From contig JAZRNK010000026.1 in assembly GCA_045648145.1 (NCBI GenBank), forward strand, positions 9,625 through 73,624: a stretch of DNA of 64,000 bases, written 5' to 3'. The notes beneath the pieces were generated by a model, which saw only the letters and a program-made list of their open reading frames with translations, had not been told where the DNA came from and did not search any database. The stretch is from Acutalibacteraceae bacterium (GTDB taxonomy: Bacteria > Bacillota > Clostridia > Oscillospirales > Acutalibacteraceae). Positions within the stretch are counted from its first letter, which is position 1, and each line of letters opens with the position of its first letter. This document shows positions 1 through 9,915 of the stretch, one piece after another. Both the position numbers and the translations under genes were made by a program.

Positions 1-276
1 TTTATTAAAGCCGGTGTTTTTGCTACGGGTGATTGTTTTGTATGCTCTAAAGAACAGCACGACACTATAAATTCCGAATTTTCACCCATTGCTTGTGATA
101 TGGAATCTGCAGTAATTGCAAATATCGCCAACAGATATAATGTTCCTTTTGTGTCGTTAAGAATGGTATCTGACGGTGCTGACGATGATTCTGCCGAATA
201 CTACACAGATACTTTAAACGGTGACCGCGCTGACGGTTGGCTTAACTTAACGATTAATTGGATAAAGTCATTGTGA
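1..276 (+). CDS. mtnN: MTA/SAH nucleosidase, C-terminal fragment (5' end outside window)
   Basis: Frame-1 translation FIKAGVFATGDCF...ACDMESAVIANIANRYNVPFVSLRMVSDGADD ends at TGA 274-276. This resembles the conserved C-terminal block of Pfs/MtnN-type nucleosidases. Confidence 0.7.
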   Translation, partial: FIKAGVFATGDCFVCSKEQHDTINSEFSPIACDMESAVIANIANRYNVPFVSLRMVSDGADDDSAEYYTDTLNGDRADGWLNLTINWIKSL

Positions 277-283
277 GGTTTTT

Positions 284-2008
284 ATGAAAAATAAAACTTT
301 AAACAATTCTGCTTCAGCAAAACATCACGGCTTTTTGCAAGGTTCTTTTATATTAGTAATGGCTACTGCCATAGTTAAGGTTTTAGGCGCTATTTATAGA
401 ATACCGTTAACCCGTTTGCTTGATACTTCGGGTATGGGTTTTTATTCGTCCGCCTATGAGCTTTATCTTCCTATGTACTCGATTGCTATGGCAGGTTTGC
501 CTATTGCTATTTCGAAAATTGTAGCTGAGCATATGGCAGCAGGCAGGTACAAGGATGTCAAAAAGACCTTAAGCGTTGCTATGAAGGTGTTCTTGGTAAC
601 AGGCGGTTTCGGTTTTGCTTTAATGGTTGCATTAGCTTTTATTTTAACTAAAACTAATGTGTTTAATATTGGTACTTTACCGGGAATTTTATGTATAGCC
701 CCTTGTTTGCTGTTTTGTTGTGTAATGTCGGCTTACCGTGGTTATTATGAAGGTCTTCGAAATATGACGCCTACTGCTGTAAGTCAGGTTTTAGAGGCTG
801 TAGGTAAATTGATTTTCGGTTATGGTCTTGCCCTTGTAATACTTAAAATAACCGGTAACGTTTCTTATGCCGCCGCAGGGGCTTTGCTTGGTATAACTAT
901 CGGAACTGTGTTTAGTGCAGGTTATCTTGTAATTAAGTATAAATTGACCGATAAACACACCTTTACTGCCGATCAGTTGGCTTCTGCAGCCGTTGCATCA
1001 AGCGGTAAGGAAACCTTAAATAAGCTTATTGTTATCGCTATACCTATTGTTTTGGGCTCACTTGTTAATAACGTTACAAGCTTAATTGACGTTGCTATGG
1101 TACAGAGTCAGCTTGCACGTGCGATTTCAAAGGCCCCCGAATACTTTAACAGTGTATATTCTGAGCTTATAGCGGCAGAAACCGTAATTAGCCCTGATTT
1201 TAATTATATTGTTGATTTACCCAACTCATTATATGGTTGTCATAGAGGTTATGCATTTTCTATCTACAACCTTGTTCCTGTTTTAACCTCTGTTTTAGGC
1301 GTCAGCGCTATTCCTGTTTTGGCGACTGCCTGGACAAAAGGGGATAGAGCAGAGGTTAAATCGAACGTTCAGACAATGATTAAAACAACTGCAATTATTG
1401 CTATACCTGCAGGCTTTGGTATTATGGCCTTAGCGCCGAATATTTTGAGTCTTTTGTACGACAATAAAAATGCCATTGCCATTGCGGCGCCCAACCTTCG
1501 TATTTTAGGCTTGTGCGCTATTTTCGCAGGCATTAACGCACCGCTTGTAAATATGCTGCAGGCTATAGGCAGACAGATTGTGCCTTTGCGCAATATTGCG
1601 GTCGGCGCTGTTTTAAAAATTGTTGTTAATTTCATTTTAGTCGGAACACCTGAAATCAATATTCTTGGTGTACCGATAGGCACTACCGTTTGCTATGCTT
1701 ACATTTGTTTAGCTAACTTTATTTGCTTTGTAAAGTATTCAAAGGTGTTCCCGAATTTAGTTTCTACCGTTATAAAACCGCTCGTTTCGGGCGCTTTCTG
1801 TGGTGGAACAGCTCTTTTAACGGCTATTTTACTCCAAAAATTAGGTATGTCTAATCTTGTCGTTACGATTGTTTCTATCGTGTTAGCTGTCATAATTTAT
1901 CTGTTAATGGTATCAATTTTGAAAGTTATCACAAAAGATGACGTAATTTCTTTGCCAAAAGGTAAAAAAATTGCAAAAGTACTTGAAAAATTAAAGGTAA
2001 TAAGGTAG
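284..2008 (+). CDS. MOP-superfamily polysaccharide/lipid II flippase, SpoVB/YabM-like
   Basis: 574 aa with many TM segments, typical of the MurJ/SpoVB family. It sits directly upstream of mazG-yabO-yabP-yabQ-divIC-yabR, as yabM does in Bacillus. Confidence 0.8.
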   Translation: MKNKTLNNSASAKHHGFLQGSFILVMATAIVKVLGAIYRIPLTRLLDTSGMGFYSSAYELYLPMYSIAMAGLPIAISKIVAEHMAAGRYKDVKKTLSVAMKVFLVTGGFGFALMVALAFILTKTNVFNIGTLPGILCIAPCLLFCCVMSAYRGYYEGLRNMTPTAVSQVLEAVGKLIFGYGLALVILKITGNVSYAAAGALLGITIGTVFSAGYLVIKYKLTDKHTFTADQLASAAVASSGKETLNKLIVIAIPIVLGSLVNNVTSLIDVAMVQSQLARAISKAPEYFNSVYSELIAAETVISPDFNYIVDLPNSLYGCHRGYAFSIYNLVPVLTSVLGVSAIPVLATAWTKGDRAEVKSNVQTMIKTTAIIAIPAGFGIMALAPNILSLLYDNKNAIAIAAPNLRILGLCAIFAGINAPLVNMLQAIGRQIVPLRNIAVGAVLKIVVNFILVGTPEINILGVPIGTTVCYAYICLANFICFVKYSKVFPNLVSTVIKPLVSGAFCGGTALLTAILLQKLGMSNLVVTIVSIVLAVIIYLLMVSILKVITKDDVISLPKGKKIAKVLEKLKVIR

Positions 2009-2079
2009 AATGTTCTTGTAGGTGCGATTGCGCCTATCAACAATATGTTGTGGATTTCTCTTTTTACTGAGGCGTGACA

Positions 2080-2880
2080 ATGTTATCTAAAAACAATTAT
2101 GTAAAAGATAAATACGGGTTTTCCGATTTAATTGATATTCTTAATATTTTAAGACAACCCGACGGTTGCCCTTGGGACAGAGAACAAACTCATAAATCTA
2201 TCCGTAACGACCTTTTGGAAGAGGCGTATGAAACGGCCGATGCTATCGATACTGACGACAGTACTGCCCTTTGCGAAGAGCTTGGCGATTTACTGTTACA
2301 GGTAGTTTTCCATTCTGATATTGCAAAGGAAAATGGCGAGTTTGATATTACCGATGTAACTGACGGTATTTGTAAAAAACTTATTTTGCGTCATCCGCAC
2401 GTTTTCGGGAACGTTAAGGCAGATACCTCTGCCCAAGTCCTTGAGAATTGGGATGCAATTAAGCGTGTTGAAAAAAGTCAGTCAACCTATACCGATACTT
2501 TAACCAGTGTACCAAAAGCGTTTCCTGCACTAATGAGAGCTGCTAAGGTACAAAAAAGAGCTGCTAAAGCCGGTTTTGATTGGGATAATATTGATGATGC
2601 TTTCAAAAAAATCCCCGAAGAAGCCTCTGAGTTAAAGACGGCTATCAATAACGGTGACAATGCTTTAATTGATGAAGAGTTTGGCGATTTACTTTTTGCC
2701 GCTGTTAATGTATCACGTTTTTGCGGTGTTAATGCAGAGGAGTCGTTAGCCAAAGCAACCGATAAATTTATCACTCGTTTTAAAAAAGTCGAAGATGTAG
2801 TTATAGCTATGGGCAAGGATGTGAAGGATTGCTCACTTAATGAGTTAGATGCTATTTGGGACGAAATTAAACATAAATAG
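2080..2880 (+). CDS. mazG: MazG nucleoside triphosphate pyrophosphohydrolase (tandem MazG domains)
   Basis: Contains CPWDREQTHKSIRNDLLEEAYE and a second EEFGDLLF motif. ATG 2080 has GAGG 7 nt upstream; the GTG at 2074 in the ORF track is too close to the SD. Confidence 0.85.
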   Translation: MLSKNNYVKDKYGFSDLIDILNILRQPDGCPWDREQTHKSIRNDLLEEAYETADAIDTDDSTALCEELGDLLLQVVFHSDIAKENGEFDITDVTDGICKKLILRHPHVFGNVKADTSAQVLENWDAIKRVEKSQSTYTDTLTSVPKAFPALMRAAKVQKRAAKAGFDWDNIDDAFKKIPEEASELKTAINNGDNALIDEEFGDLLFAAVNVSRFCGVNAEESLAKATDKFITRFKKVEDVVIAMGKDVKDCSLNELDAIWDEIKHK

Positions 2881-2941
2881 TAGGATGTGTCAAATTCAGG
2901 TTTTTACCTGTTTGAATATTAAAACTTAGGAGGAAATTTTC

Positions 2942-3217
2942 ATGAACAAGACAGAATTTGTTGCAGCAGTTGCCGAGAAGGCAGGTTTAAGCAAAAAGGA
3001 TGCCGATAAAGCAGTAGCAGCTTTTATTGAGACTGTTACCGATGCTCTTAAGGCAGGCGAGAAGGTTCAGTTTGTTGGTTTTGGTACTTTCGAGGTACGT
3101 CAGCGTCCTGAAAGAACCGGTAGAAATCCTCAGACAAAGCAGACAATCAAAATTGCAGCATGCAAAGCTCCCGCTTTCAAAGCTGGTAACGCTCTTAAAG
3201 CTGAAGTTAATAAATAA
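2942..3217 (+). CDS. hup: DNA-binding protein HU
   Basis: 91 aa: MNKTEFVAAVAEKAGLSKKDA...FGTFEVRQRPERTGRNPQT. Strong AGGAGG SD, with a terminator downstream. Confidence 0.95.
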   Translation: MNKTEFVAAVAEKAGLSKKDADKAVAAFIETVTDALKAGEKVQFVGFGTFEVRQRPERTGRNPQTKQTIKIAACKAPAFKAGNALKAEVNK

Positions 3218-3227
3218 TTTGTCTGAT

Positions 3228-3260
3228 AAAGACCGCTTAGTTTTAAGCGGTCTTTAGTTT
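3228..3260 (+). terminator. rho-independent terminator after hup
   Basis: AAAGACCGCTTA-gttt-TAAGCGGTCTTT stem followed by a T-rich tail. Confidence 0.8.
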
Positions 3261-3272
3261 TAAAGGTGTATT

Positions 3273-3515
3273 ATGAGGTTAGATAAATATTTAAAAGTAT
3301 CAAGAATTATAAAAAGAAGAACCGTTGCCAATGAGGCCTGCGATGCAGGACGTGTGCTTGTAAACGGTAAGGTCGCAAGAGCGTCTTATGACGTTAAAAT
3401 CAATGATGTTTTAGAAATTGCTTTCGGAACAAAAACAGTTAAAGCTCAGGTTTTAGACGTTGCTGAAACCGTCAGAAAAGAGTCGGCAGCATTAATGTAT
3501 AAAATTATTGATTAG
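3273..3515 (+). CDS. yabO: S4-domain RNA-binding protein (YabO/HslR-like)
   Basis: 80 aa starting MRLDKYLKVSRIIKRRTVA, an S4 motif. It sits in the conserved yabO position. Confidence 0.8.
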   Translation: MRLDKYLKVSRIIKRRTVANEACDAGRVLVNGKVARASYDVKINDVLEIAFGTKTVKAQVLDVAETVRKESAALMYKIID

Positions 3516-3577
3516 TAATTTAACTTTTTTCACGCTCATATAAATTAAGTGTATTATTTTTCTAAAGGGTGTTTTAT

Positions 3578-3853
3578 ATGGGCGAACAAAATAAGGTAGT
3601 ATCCAACCACTGTATCTACATAGATAATCGTTCAAAGCTGACCGTTTCAGGCGTATGCGACGTTGACAGCTTTGATGAACAGACCGTTGTTCTAAAAACC
3701 GTTATGGGTGAGCTGACCGTTAAGGGCGAAAGCCTTAAGGTAAACAGTTTTGCAGTAGAAACCGGAAATTTAACTGTTGAGGGCAATATTATTGCTTTTG
3801 CCTACACAAGCCAACCTCAAAAGAAAAACGTGTTAAATAGGTTGTTCGGTTAA
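3578..3853 (+). CDS. yabP: sporulation protein YabP
   Basis: Size and sequence (LTVSGV..VDSFDEQTVVLKT.MGELTVKGE.L.V) fit YabP. ATG 3578 follows an AAGGGTG SD, and synteny with yabQ supports the call. Confidence 0.85.
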   Translation: MGEQNKVVSNHCIYIDNRSKLTVSGVCDVDSFDEQTVVLKTVMGELTVKGESLKVNSFAVETGNLTVEGNIIAFAYTSQPQKKNVLNRLFG

Positions 3854-4350
3854 TGGGATATATTGATGTTAATTTTCAAATAGTAACCTTTTTACTGTCA
3901 ATATCTTTAGGTGTTGTACTTTGCCTTTTCTATGATATTGTCAGGGTGATGCACAAATTGTTCGCCAAAGGTTTTTTCGAAGTGTTTATTATTGATTTAT
4001 TGTTTTGGGTTTTAGCGTCTTTTTTAACCTTTTGTTTTCTTATAATAAGATGTCAGGGAACAGTAAGGGGTTACGTGCTTTTTGGTGCTTTAATCGGTTT
4101 TATCGCAGTAAGATTAACAATTTCGAAGATTTTTTTAATTGTTTTTGAAAAATTTTATTGTTTTTCAAGAAAAATAATCAACTTATTCGTATTGCTTTTC
4201 AAGTTTTTAGTATCGCCATTATGTAAAATAGTTAAAAAAATACAAATACTTACTAAAAAAGTCTTGCAAGATAAAGTGATACTGTTGTATAATCATTTTA
4301 AATTAATAATTGTAAACGTAAGGAGAAGTAAGAATGGCTGTTCAGACTAA
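3853..4350 (+). CDS. yabQ: spore cortex biosynthesis protein YabQ
   Basis: Multi-TM 165-aa protein with a TAATG overlap onto yabP. The position is conserved. Confidence 0.7.
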   Translation: MGYIDVNFQIVTFLLSISLGVVLCLFYDIVRVMHKLFAKGFFEVFIIDLLFWVLASFLTFCFLIIRCQGTVRGYVLFGALIGFIAVRLTISKIFLIVFEKFYCFSRKIINLFVLLFKFLVSPLCKIVKKIQILTKKVLQDKVILLYNHFKLIIVNVRRSKNGCSD

Positions 4351-4624
4351 CAAGCGCGGCAGTATAATAATACGTGTTGTACTTTTACTGTTTGCTGTTT
4401 GGATGATCTACTATTTAGGCTCACTTATAAAAGATTATAATTCATTACAGTCTGAGCTTGCGGCTACCATTGCCAGACGTGATGAGCTTACTCTTGAAGT
4501 TGCCGAAAAAGCCAAGCTTCTCGAAACCGGTAACGATGCCGATTTTATTGAAAAAGCTGCCCGTGAGAAATTAGGCTTTGTTTATTCTAACGAGCACGTT
4601 TATATCGACATTTCCGGCGAATAG
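4334..4624 (+). CDS. divIC: septum formation initiator family protein (DivIC/FtsB)
   Basis: 96 aa with an N-terminal TM, a coiled coil and the C-terminal motif EKAAREKLGFV. Confidence 0.75.
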   Translation: MAVQTNKRGSIIIRVVLLLFAVWMIYYLGSLIKDYNSLQSELAATIARRDELTLEVAEKAKLLETGNDADFIEKAAREKLGFVYSNEHVYIDISGE

Positions 4625-4666
4625 CATTTATAATTTTAAAAGGTTTTTGGGGGATAGGACTTTCTT

Positions 4667-5134
4667 ATGCAAATTGAAGTTGGACAGATTGTTGAAGGTA
4701 AAGTAACAGGAATTACAAGCTTTGGTGTTTTTGTTGATTTAGGTGACGGAAAATCCGGTCTTGTACATATTTCCGAAATAGCTCAGACCTATGTTAACGA
4801 TGTCAGAGAGCACGTTAAAGAGAACGACGTTGTTAAAATGAAGGTTCTCACCGTTTCTGATGACGGAAAGATTAGTTTAAGTATCAAAAAAGCGATGGAA
4901 ACAGAGCAACCTGCACAGCGTAAGCCTAAATTTAACGGTCAACGCTCGGTAAGACCTCCTAAAAATGATTTTGATCCGTCAACTCCTGCACCCGTTTGGA
5001 TGCCGAAAAAGAGTGAGTCTGCTTCTTTTGAGGATATGATGGCAAAATTCAAACAAACAAGTGATGAAAAGTTCTCGGACCTTAAAAGGAAAAATCCTGA
5101 TACAAGACGTCCTAAAAGAGCAACTATGAAATAA
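4667..5134 (+). CDS. yabR: S1 RNA-binding domain protein (YabR-like)
   Basis: S1 motif GQIVEGKVTGITSFGVFVDLGDGKSGLVHISE followed by a basic tail. Confidence 0.8.
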   Translation: MQIEVGQIVEGKVTGITSFGVFVDLGDGKSGLVHISEIAQTYVNDVREHVKENDVVKMKVLTVSDDGKISLSIKKAMETEQPAQRKPKFNGQRSVRPPKNDFDPSTPAPVWMPKKSESASFEDMMAKFKQTSDEKFSDLKRKNPDTRRPKRATMK

Positions 5135-5139
5135 ATATT

Positions 5140-5165
5140 CGGCAGACTTTTTAGTCTGCCGTTTT
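5140..5165 (+). terminator. terminator after yabR
   Basis: CGGCAGACT-tttt-AGTCTGCCG followed by TTTT. It overlaps the TTG start suggested in the ORF track for the next gene, which favours ATG 5179. Confidence 0.8.
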
Positions 5166-5178
5166 GTTTGGAGAAAAT

Positions 5179-6024
5179 ATGAAAACTATTGACGTGTCTA
5201 AAATTGAGACTGCGGTCGCAGATTTGTGCATTAAAGCAAATAAGACGTTGCCTTGTAGCCTTGTTGATTGCTTAAAGAACTCAGTTAATACCGAAACCTT
5301 TGAGCTTGGCAAGGATATTTTGTCTGATATATGCATCAATATCACAGCAGCAAATGAGCTTGATATTCCTATTTGTCAGGATACAGGTATGGCAGTTGTG
5401 TTTATTGAGTTAGGTCAGGACGTTCACCTTGTTGGCGGCTCTCTTGAAACTGCTATTAATAACGGTGTCAAAATCGGTTACGAAAAGGGATTGTTGCGCA
5501 AATCTGTTGTTACTGATCCTCTTAATCGAGTTAATACTAACGATAATACACCGGCAATCATTCACACAAGGATTGTTGACGGTGATACGATTAAGTTGAC
5601 TGTTGCTCCAAAAGGCTTTGGTAGCGAAAATATGAGCGAAATTAAGATGCTTACTCCTGCCGCAGGTAAAGACGGTGTTATAAAGGCGGTGCTTGACATT
5701 GTCAAAAATGCAGGTAGCAATCCTTGTCCGCCTATGGTTATAGGTGTTGGCATTGGCGGTGATTTTGAACAGGCCGCTTTACTTTCAAAAGTTGCATTAT
5801 GTCGTGATTTAAACGTTAAAAATGAAAATCCTTATTATGCGGCACTCGAGAGTGAGCTTTTAACACTTATTAACGAAACTAATATCGGTCCTCAAGGCTT
5901 TGGCGGTATAACTACCGCTTTAGGTGTGAACATAGAATATGCACCCACGCATATTGCAGGTTTGCCGGTTGCTGTAAATATTGGTTGCCACGTGACTCGT
6001 CACGAATCCGTTATTATTGATTAG
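5179..6024 (+). CDS. Fe-S type hydro-lyase (class I fumarate hydratase / tartrate dehydratase) alpha subunit
   Basis: Contains ICQDTGMAVVFIELGQD, TVAPKGFGSENMS and GVGIGG, which are typical of FumA-N/TtdA. The start follows a GGAGAA SD. Confidence 0.85.
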   Translation: MKTIDVSKIETAVADLCIKANKTLPCSLVDCLKNSVNTETFELGKDILSDICINITAANELDIPICQDTGMAVVFIELGQDVHLVGGSLETAINNGVKIGYEKGLLRKSVVTDPLNRVNTNDNTPAIIHTRIVDGDTIKLTVAPKGFGSENMSEIKMLTPAAGKDGVIKAVLDIVKNAGSNPCPPMVIGVGIGGDFEQAALLSKVALCRDLNVKNENPYYAALESELLTLINETNIGPQGFGGITTALGVNIEYAPTHIAGLPVAVNIGCHVTRHESVIID

Positions 6025-6035
6025 CAGGTGAAAAG

Positions 6036-7154
6036 ATGTCAAAATATTTATTAGTTGCCCCTTGTCTTTTTGGAGTTGAAGGCATTTTAGCCGACGAGTT
6101 AAGAAGATTAGGCGCAGAAAATGTTAACGCAGAAAACGGACGTGTTTTATTTAGTGGCGATGATTATATGGTTGCGCGCGCTAACATTAATTCACGTTTC
6201 GCTGAAAGGATTTTAATCGTTCTCGGTCAATTCAAAGCTACATCATTTACTGAATTATTTGATAACGTAAAGGTTTTACCTCTAGAGGAATTTATCTCTA
6301 AAGAGGATGCTTTTCCTGTTAAGGGATGGAGCTTAAATTCACAGCTACACAGTATTCCTGATTGTCAGTCAATTATTAAAAAAGCTATTGTTGAGCGCTT
6401 AAAAACAACCTATAAAACCGACTGGTTTAATGAAACGGGTCCTGTTCATCAAATACAGTTTTCGATTTTGAAAGATAACGTAACTATTATGCTTGATACC
6501 TCTGGTCACGGACTGCACAAAAGAGGATATAGAGCCAATTCAAATGCCGCACCTATAAAAGAAACCTTGGCGGCTGCCATGTGTGATATTGCTCGTATTT
6601 ATCCGGACACTAAAATTTACGATCCTTTTTGCGGTAGCGGTACGATATTGATTGAAGCAGCTTTAATGGCTAAAAAACAAGCCCCCGGATTAAGACAAGC
6701 CTTTGCTGCAGAAAGATTCGGGTTTGTTGATAAAAACGCTTGGCGCGACGAGAGAAACGCAGCTATGGAACGCATTTTACCTAATATCGAATTTGAGGCT
6801 CATGGCTTTGATATCGACCCAGAAGCAGTTAAATTAACACTTGAAAACGCCAAAAAAGCAGGTGTCGAAAAATACGTTAAGGCAACAGTAGCCGATGTTA
6901 AAGATTTTAAATTACCTGAAGGCAGGACGCTTGTTATAACCAACCCACCTTATGGTGAGAGGTTGTTAGATATTCGTGCTGCAGAAGGGCTTTATAAAAC
7001 GATGGGTGAGGTCTTTGTTAAAGAAAAAGGTAAGAAATATTACGTAATAAGCCCACACGACGAATTCGAAAAGTTTTACGGTACCCTTGCTGATAAAAAG
7101 CGAAAGCTTTACAACGGAATGATTAAGTGTAATTTGAATATGTATTTTAAATAA
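6036..7154 (+). CDS. THUMP-domain class I SAM-dependent RNA methyltransferase (RlmL/YpsC-like)
   Basis: Contains LHKRGYR, DPFCGSGTILIEAA and the NPPYGERL motif. Confidence 0.85.
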   Translation: MSKYLLVAPCLFGVEGILADELRRLGAENVNAENGRVLFSGDDYMVARANINSRFAERILIVLGQFKATSFTELFDNVKVLPLEEFISKEDAFPVKGWSLNSQLHSIPDCQSIIKKAIVERLKTTYKTDWFNETGPVHQIQFSILKDNVTIMLDTSGHGLHKRGYRANSNAAPIKETLAAAMCDIARIYPDTKIYDPFCGSGTILIEAALMAKKQAPGLRQAFAAERFGFVDKNAWRDERNAAMERILPNIEFEAHGFDIDPEAVKLTLENAKKAGVEKYVKATVADVKDFKLPEGRTLVITNPPYGERLLDIRAAEGLYKTMGEVFVKEKGKKYYVISPHDEFEKFYGTLADKKRKLYNGMIKCNLNMYFK

Positions 7155-7169
7155 TAGGAGGCAATATTT

Positions 7170-7952
7170 ATGGATATGGGAATGTTTTTACCGGTTGAAA
7201 ATGAAAAACCGCTTGACAGAATAGCTATTAACGGTGGCTATTGCGGTATTTTCAGAACGATAGCCTGTGTTGGTGACAGCTTATCATCGGGTGAGTTTGA
7301 GTCAATTAAAGAAGACGGCACACACGGCTATCACGACCATTTTGAGTATTCCTGGGGTCAGTATATCGCCCGTATGTGCGGAAGTAAGGTTTTAAACTTC
7401 TCGCGTGGCGGTATGACAGCAAAGGAATATTGCAACTCTTTTGCTGATGCTAAAGATTTTTGGAACCCCGACAAAAAATGTCAGGCTTATATTATTGCAC
7501 TCGGCGTTAACGATTTTTATTGGCAAAAGCACGAAGTTGGTTCGATTGATGATATTGATTTGAATGATTATAACAACAACAAGCAGACAATTTACGGCAA
7601 TTATGCAAAAATTATTCAGAGATATAAAGAAATTCAACCCGATGCAAAGTTTTTTCTGATGACCGTTGCCGACGAATACGAGGACAATCCTGAGTTGCGT
7701 GAAAAGGTACTTCAGCAGGTACAGATGATTTATGACCTTAATAAAGTTTTCTCTAACACCTATGTTATTGATTTGTTTAAATATGCTCCTAAATATGACG
7801 ATGCGTTCAAAAAAGAGTTCTATCTACTTGGTCATATGAATCCTTGCGGATATGTGTTTACTGCTAATATTGTTGCTTCTTACATTGACTATATTATTCG
7901 CCACAATATGCAAGATTTTAAGGTAGTTGGTTTTATGCCTACCGAATTATAA
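7170..7952 (+). CDS. SGNH/GDSL-family hydrolase
   Basis: Block I is GDSLSSGEF, followed by GVND and a C-terminal H motif. Confidence 0.7.
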   Translation: MDMGMFLPVENEKPLDRIAINGGYCGIFRTIACVGDSLSSGEFESIKEDGTHGYHDHFEYSWGQYIARMCGSKVLNFSRGGMTAKEYCNSFADAKDFWNPDKKCQAYIIALGVNDFYWQKHEVGSIDDIDLNDYNNNKQTIYGNYAKIIQRYKEIQPDAKFFLMTVADEYEDNPELREKVLQQVQMIYDLNKVFSNTYVIDLFKYAPKYDDAFKKEFYLLGHMNPCGYVFTANIVASYIDYIIRHNMQDFKVVGFMPTEL

Positions 7953-7986
7953 AATTAACCCCTCTGCAGTAAAGCAGAGGGGTTTT
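7951..7986. terminator. bidirectional terminator between convergent SGNH hydrolase and pgm genes
   Basis: CCCCTCTGC-agtaaa-GCAGAGGGG flanked by an A-run and a T-run. Confidence 0.8.
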
Positions 7987-7988
7987 AA

Positions 7989-9704
7989 CTACTTATTCAT
8001 CATAATATCGCCAAAGGCTTTTAGCTTTTCACTAATAGCAATAGAATCTTGTTTTGTTTTACCTACAGCAGAAATATAAACCTTGATTTTAGGTTCTGTA
8101 CCTGACGGACGTACAATAAAAGAGCATCCGTTCTCCAATTTAAACTCAATAACATTTGATTTCGGCAAATCTATAGTGGCCACTAAACCGGTCACTAAAT
8201 CTTTATCCTCAGAAGTGTTATAGTTCAGCATTCTGACAACCTTAATATCATTGATGTGGACAGGCGGATTAGAAGATAAATCACTCATTATTGAACTCAT
8301 TTTCTTCATACCTTGCTGTCCTTCAAAGGTGTAGCTAGACTGCTTATTAGTATAAAATCCGTGTTCCTGCTCGATATCAGACAAAGCATCAAAAAGAGTT
8401 TTACCTTGTAATTTATAGTAACAAGCCATTTCGCAAATGAGCATTGAAGCAGTAACTGCGTCTTTATCTCTTACGAAAGTACCGCTAAGGTAACCGTAGC
8501 TTTCCTCAAAACCGAATATATAACGTTCTTCCTGGCCTTTTTCTTCTAATGCCAATATCTGCTCACCGATAAACTTAAAGCCTGTAAGAACATTTATAAG
8601 CTGACAACCGTATTTCTCTGCAATTTTATTGCAAAGCTCGGTTGTAACTATTGTTTTTACAGCTATAGCATTTTCGGGCATTTTATTAAGCTCAGTGCGG
8701 CGCTTTAAAATATAATCAAGTAAAAGTGCGCCAACCTGATTACCGGTCATAAGCTCGTAAATATCGTTTGTTTTAACTGCGATACCGACTCGGTCACAAT
8801 CAGGGTCTGTTGCAAGAAGAATGTCGGGCTTGATTTCATCTGCAAGCTTCAGTGCACATTCAAACGGCTGACTAAGCTCGGGGTTTGGATATGGAGCGGT
8901 AGGGAAGTTACCGTCAGGCAGTTCCTGCTCTTTGACAACCGTAACGTTTTTGGCGCCAATACGGTCTAAAATCGCGCGTACAGGCTTATTTCCTGTTCCA
9001 TGAAGCGGAGTATAAATAACCGAAAAATCGCTGTTACGGATAATATCGGGGGACAATGACTGCTTTTGAACATTATCAAGAAAGGCCTCGATTACAGAAT
9101 TGTCAATGTATTTGATTTTTCCGTTATTTATGCCTTCATCAAAGTCGATAGTTTTAATTCCTGTAAAGAAATCGGTCTTTTCAATATACGAGAACACAAG
9201 GTTACTTGCTTCCAAATTCAACTGACAACCGTCAGGACCATATGCTTTATAGCCGTTATATTTTGCAGGGTTATGGCTTGCGGTAATAACAACACCTGCG
9301 TCACATCCCAAATGTCTTACGGCAAAGGACAACATAGGGGTAGGCATAAGTTCATCATAAATATATGCAGTAATGCCGTTTGCTGCAAAAACAGAGGCTG
9401 CAGTTTTCGCAAAAAGTGTTGATTTTATACGGCTATCGTATGCTATAGCAATTTTACCGTTATCGGTCACACTGTTAACGTAATCGGCAATACCTTGCGA
9501 GGCACGACCAACGGTATAAACGTTCATACGGTTGGTACCTGCACCAATAACACCTCTTAAGCCGGCGGTACCAAACTCTAACTCTTTATAAAAACGGTCG
9601 CTTATGGCTTCCTCGTCATTTTCAACAGACAATAATTCAGGTATAAGGTCAGGGTCAGCGGTGGCTTTTTTTGACCATTCCAAATACAAATCAGCACAAT
9701 TCAT
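7989..9704 (-). CDS. pgcA: phosphoglucomutase/phosphomannomutase (PgcA-like)
   Basis: 571 aa with the active-site loop TASHNPAKYNGYK, the metal loop DPDCDR and GFEESYGY. Confidence 0.9.
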   Translation of the reverse strand: MNCADLYLEWSKKATADPDLIPELLSVENDEEAISDRFYKELEFGTAGLRGVIGAGTNRMNVYTVGRASQGIADYVNSVTDNGKIAIAYDSRIKSTLFAKTAASVFAANGITAYIYDELMPTPMLSFAVRHLGCDAGVVITASHNPAKYNGYKAYGPDGCQLNLEASNLVFSYIEKTDFFTGIKTIDFDEGINNGKIKYIDNSVIEAFLDNVQKQSLSPDIIRNSDFSVIYTPLHGTGNKPVRAILDRIGAKNVTVVKEQELPDGNFPTAPYPNPELSQPFECALKLADEIKPDILLATDPDCDRVGIAVKTNDIYELMTGNQVGALLLDYILKRRTELNKMPENAIAVKTIVTTELCNKIAEKYGCQLINVLTGFKFIGEQILALEEKGQEERYIFGFEESYGYLSGTFVRDKDAVTASMLICEMACYYKLQGKTLFDALSDIEQEHGFYTNKQSSYTFEGQQGMKKMSSIMSDLSSNPPVHINDIKVVRMLNYNTSEDKDLVTGLVATIDLPKSNVIEFKLENGCSFIVRPSGTEPKIKVYISAVGKTKQDSIAISEKLKAFGDIMMNK

Positions 9705-9915
9705 AAAATCTTCCTCTCAAGATAACTATATATTAATTTAATACAAAATTTAAAATATGTCAATTAATATTAACTTTATTTTAAAAAATATTCTAATTTA
9801 CGCGTTATATTTATCTATTTTGTTGTAAGTATTCTTGACAAATTAATAAAAATAGTGTAAAATGCTTAAAAATAGATAAGTGTGTGCTTATAAGGGAAGT
9901 AGTAAGGAGATTAAC

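Noticed and set aside
3027-3257. 76-aa + strand ORF overlapping hup in another frame
   Set aside because: hup is unambiguous, and the alternative frame runs through the hup terminator.
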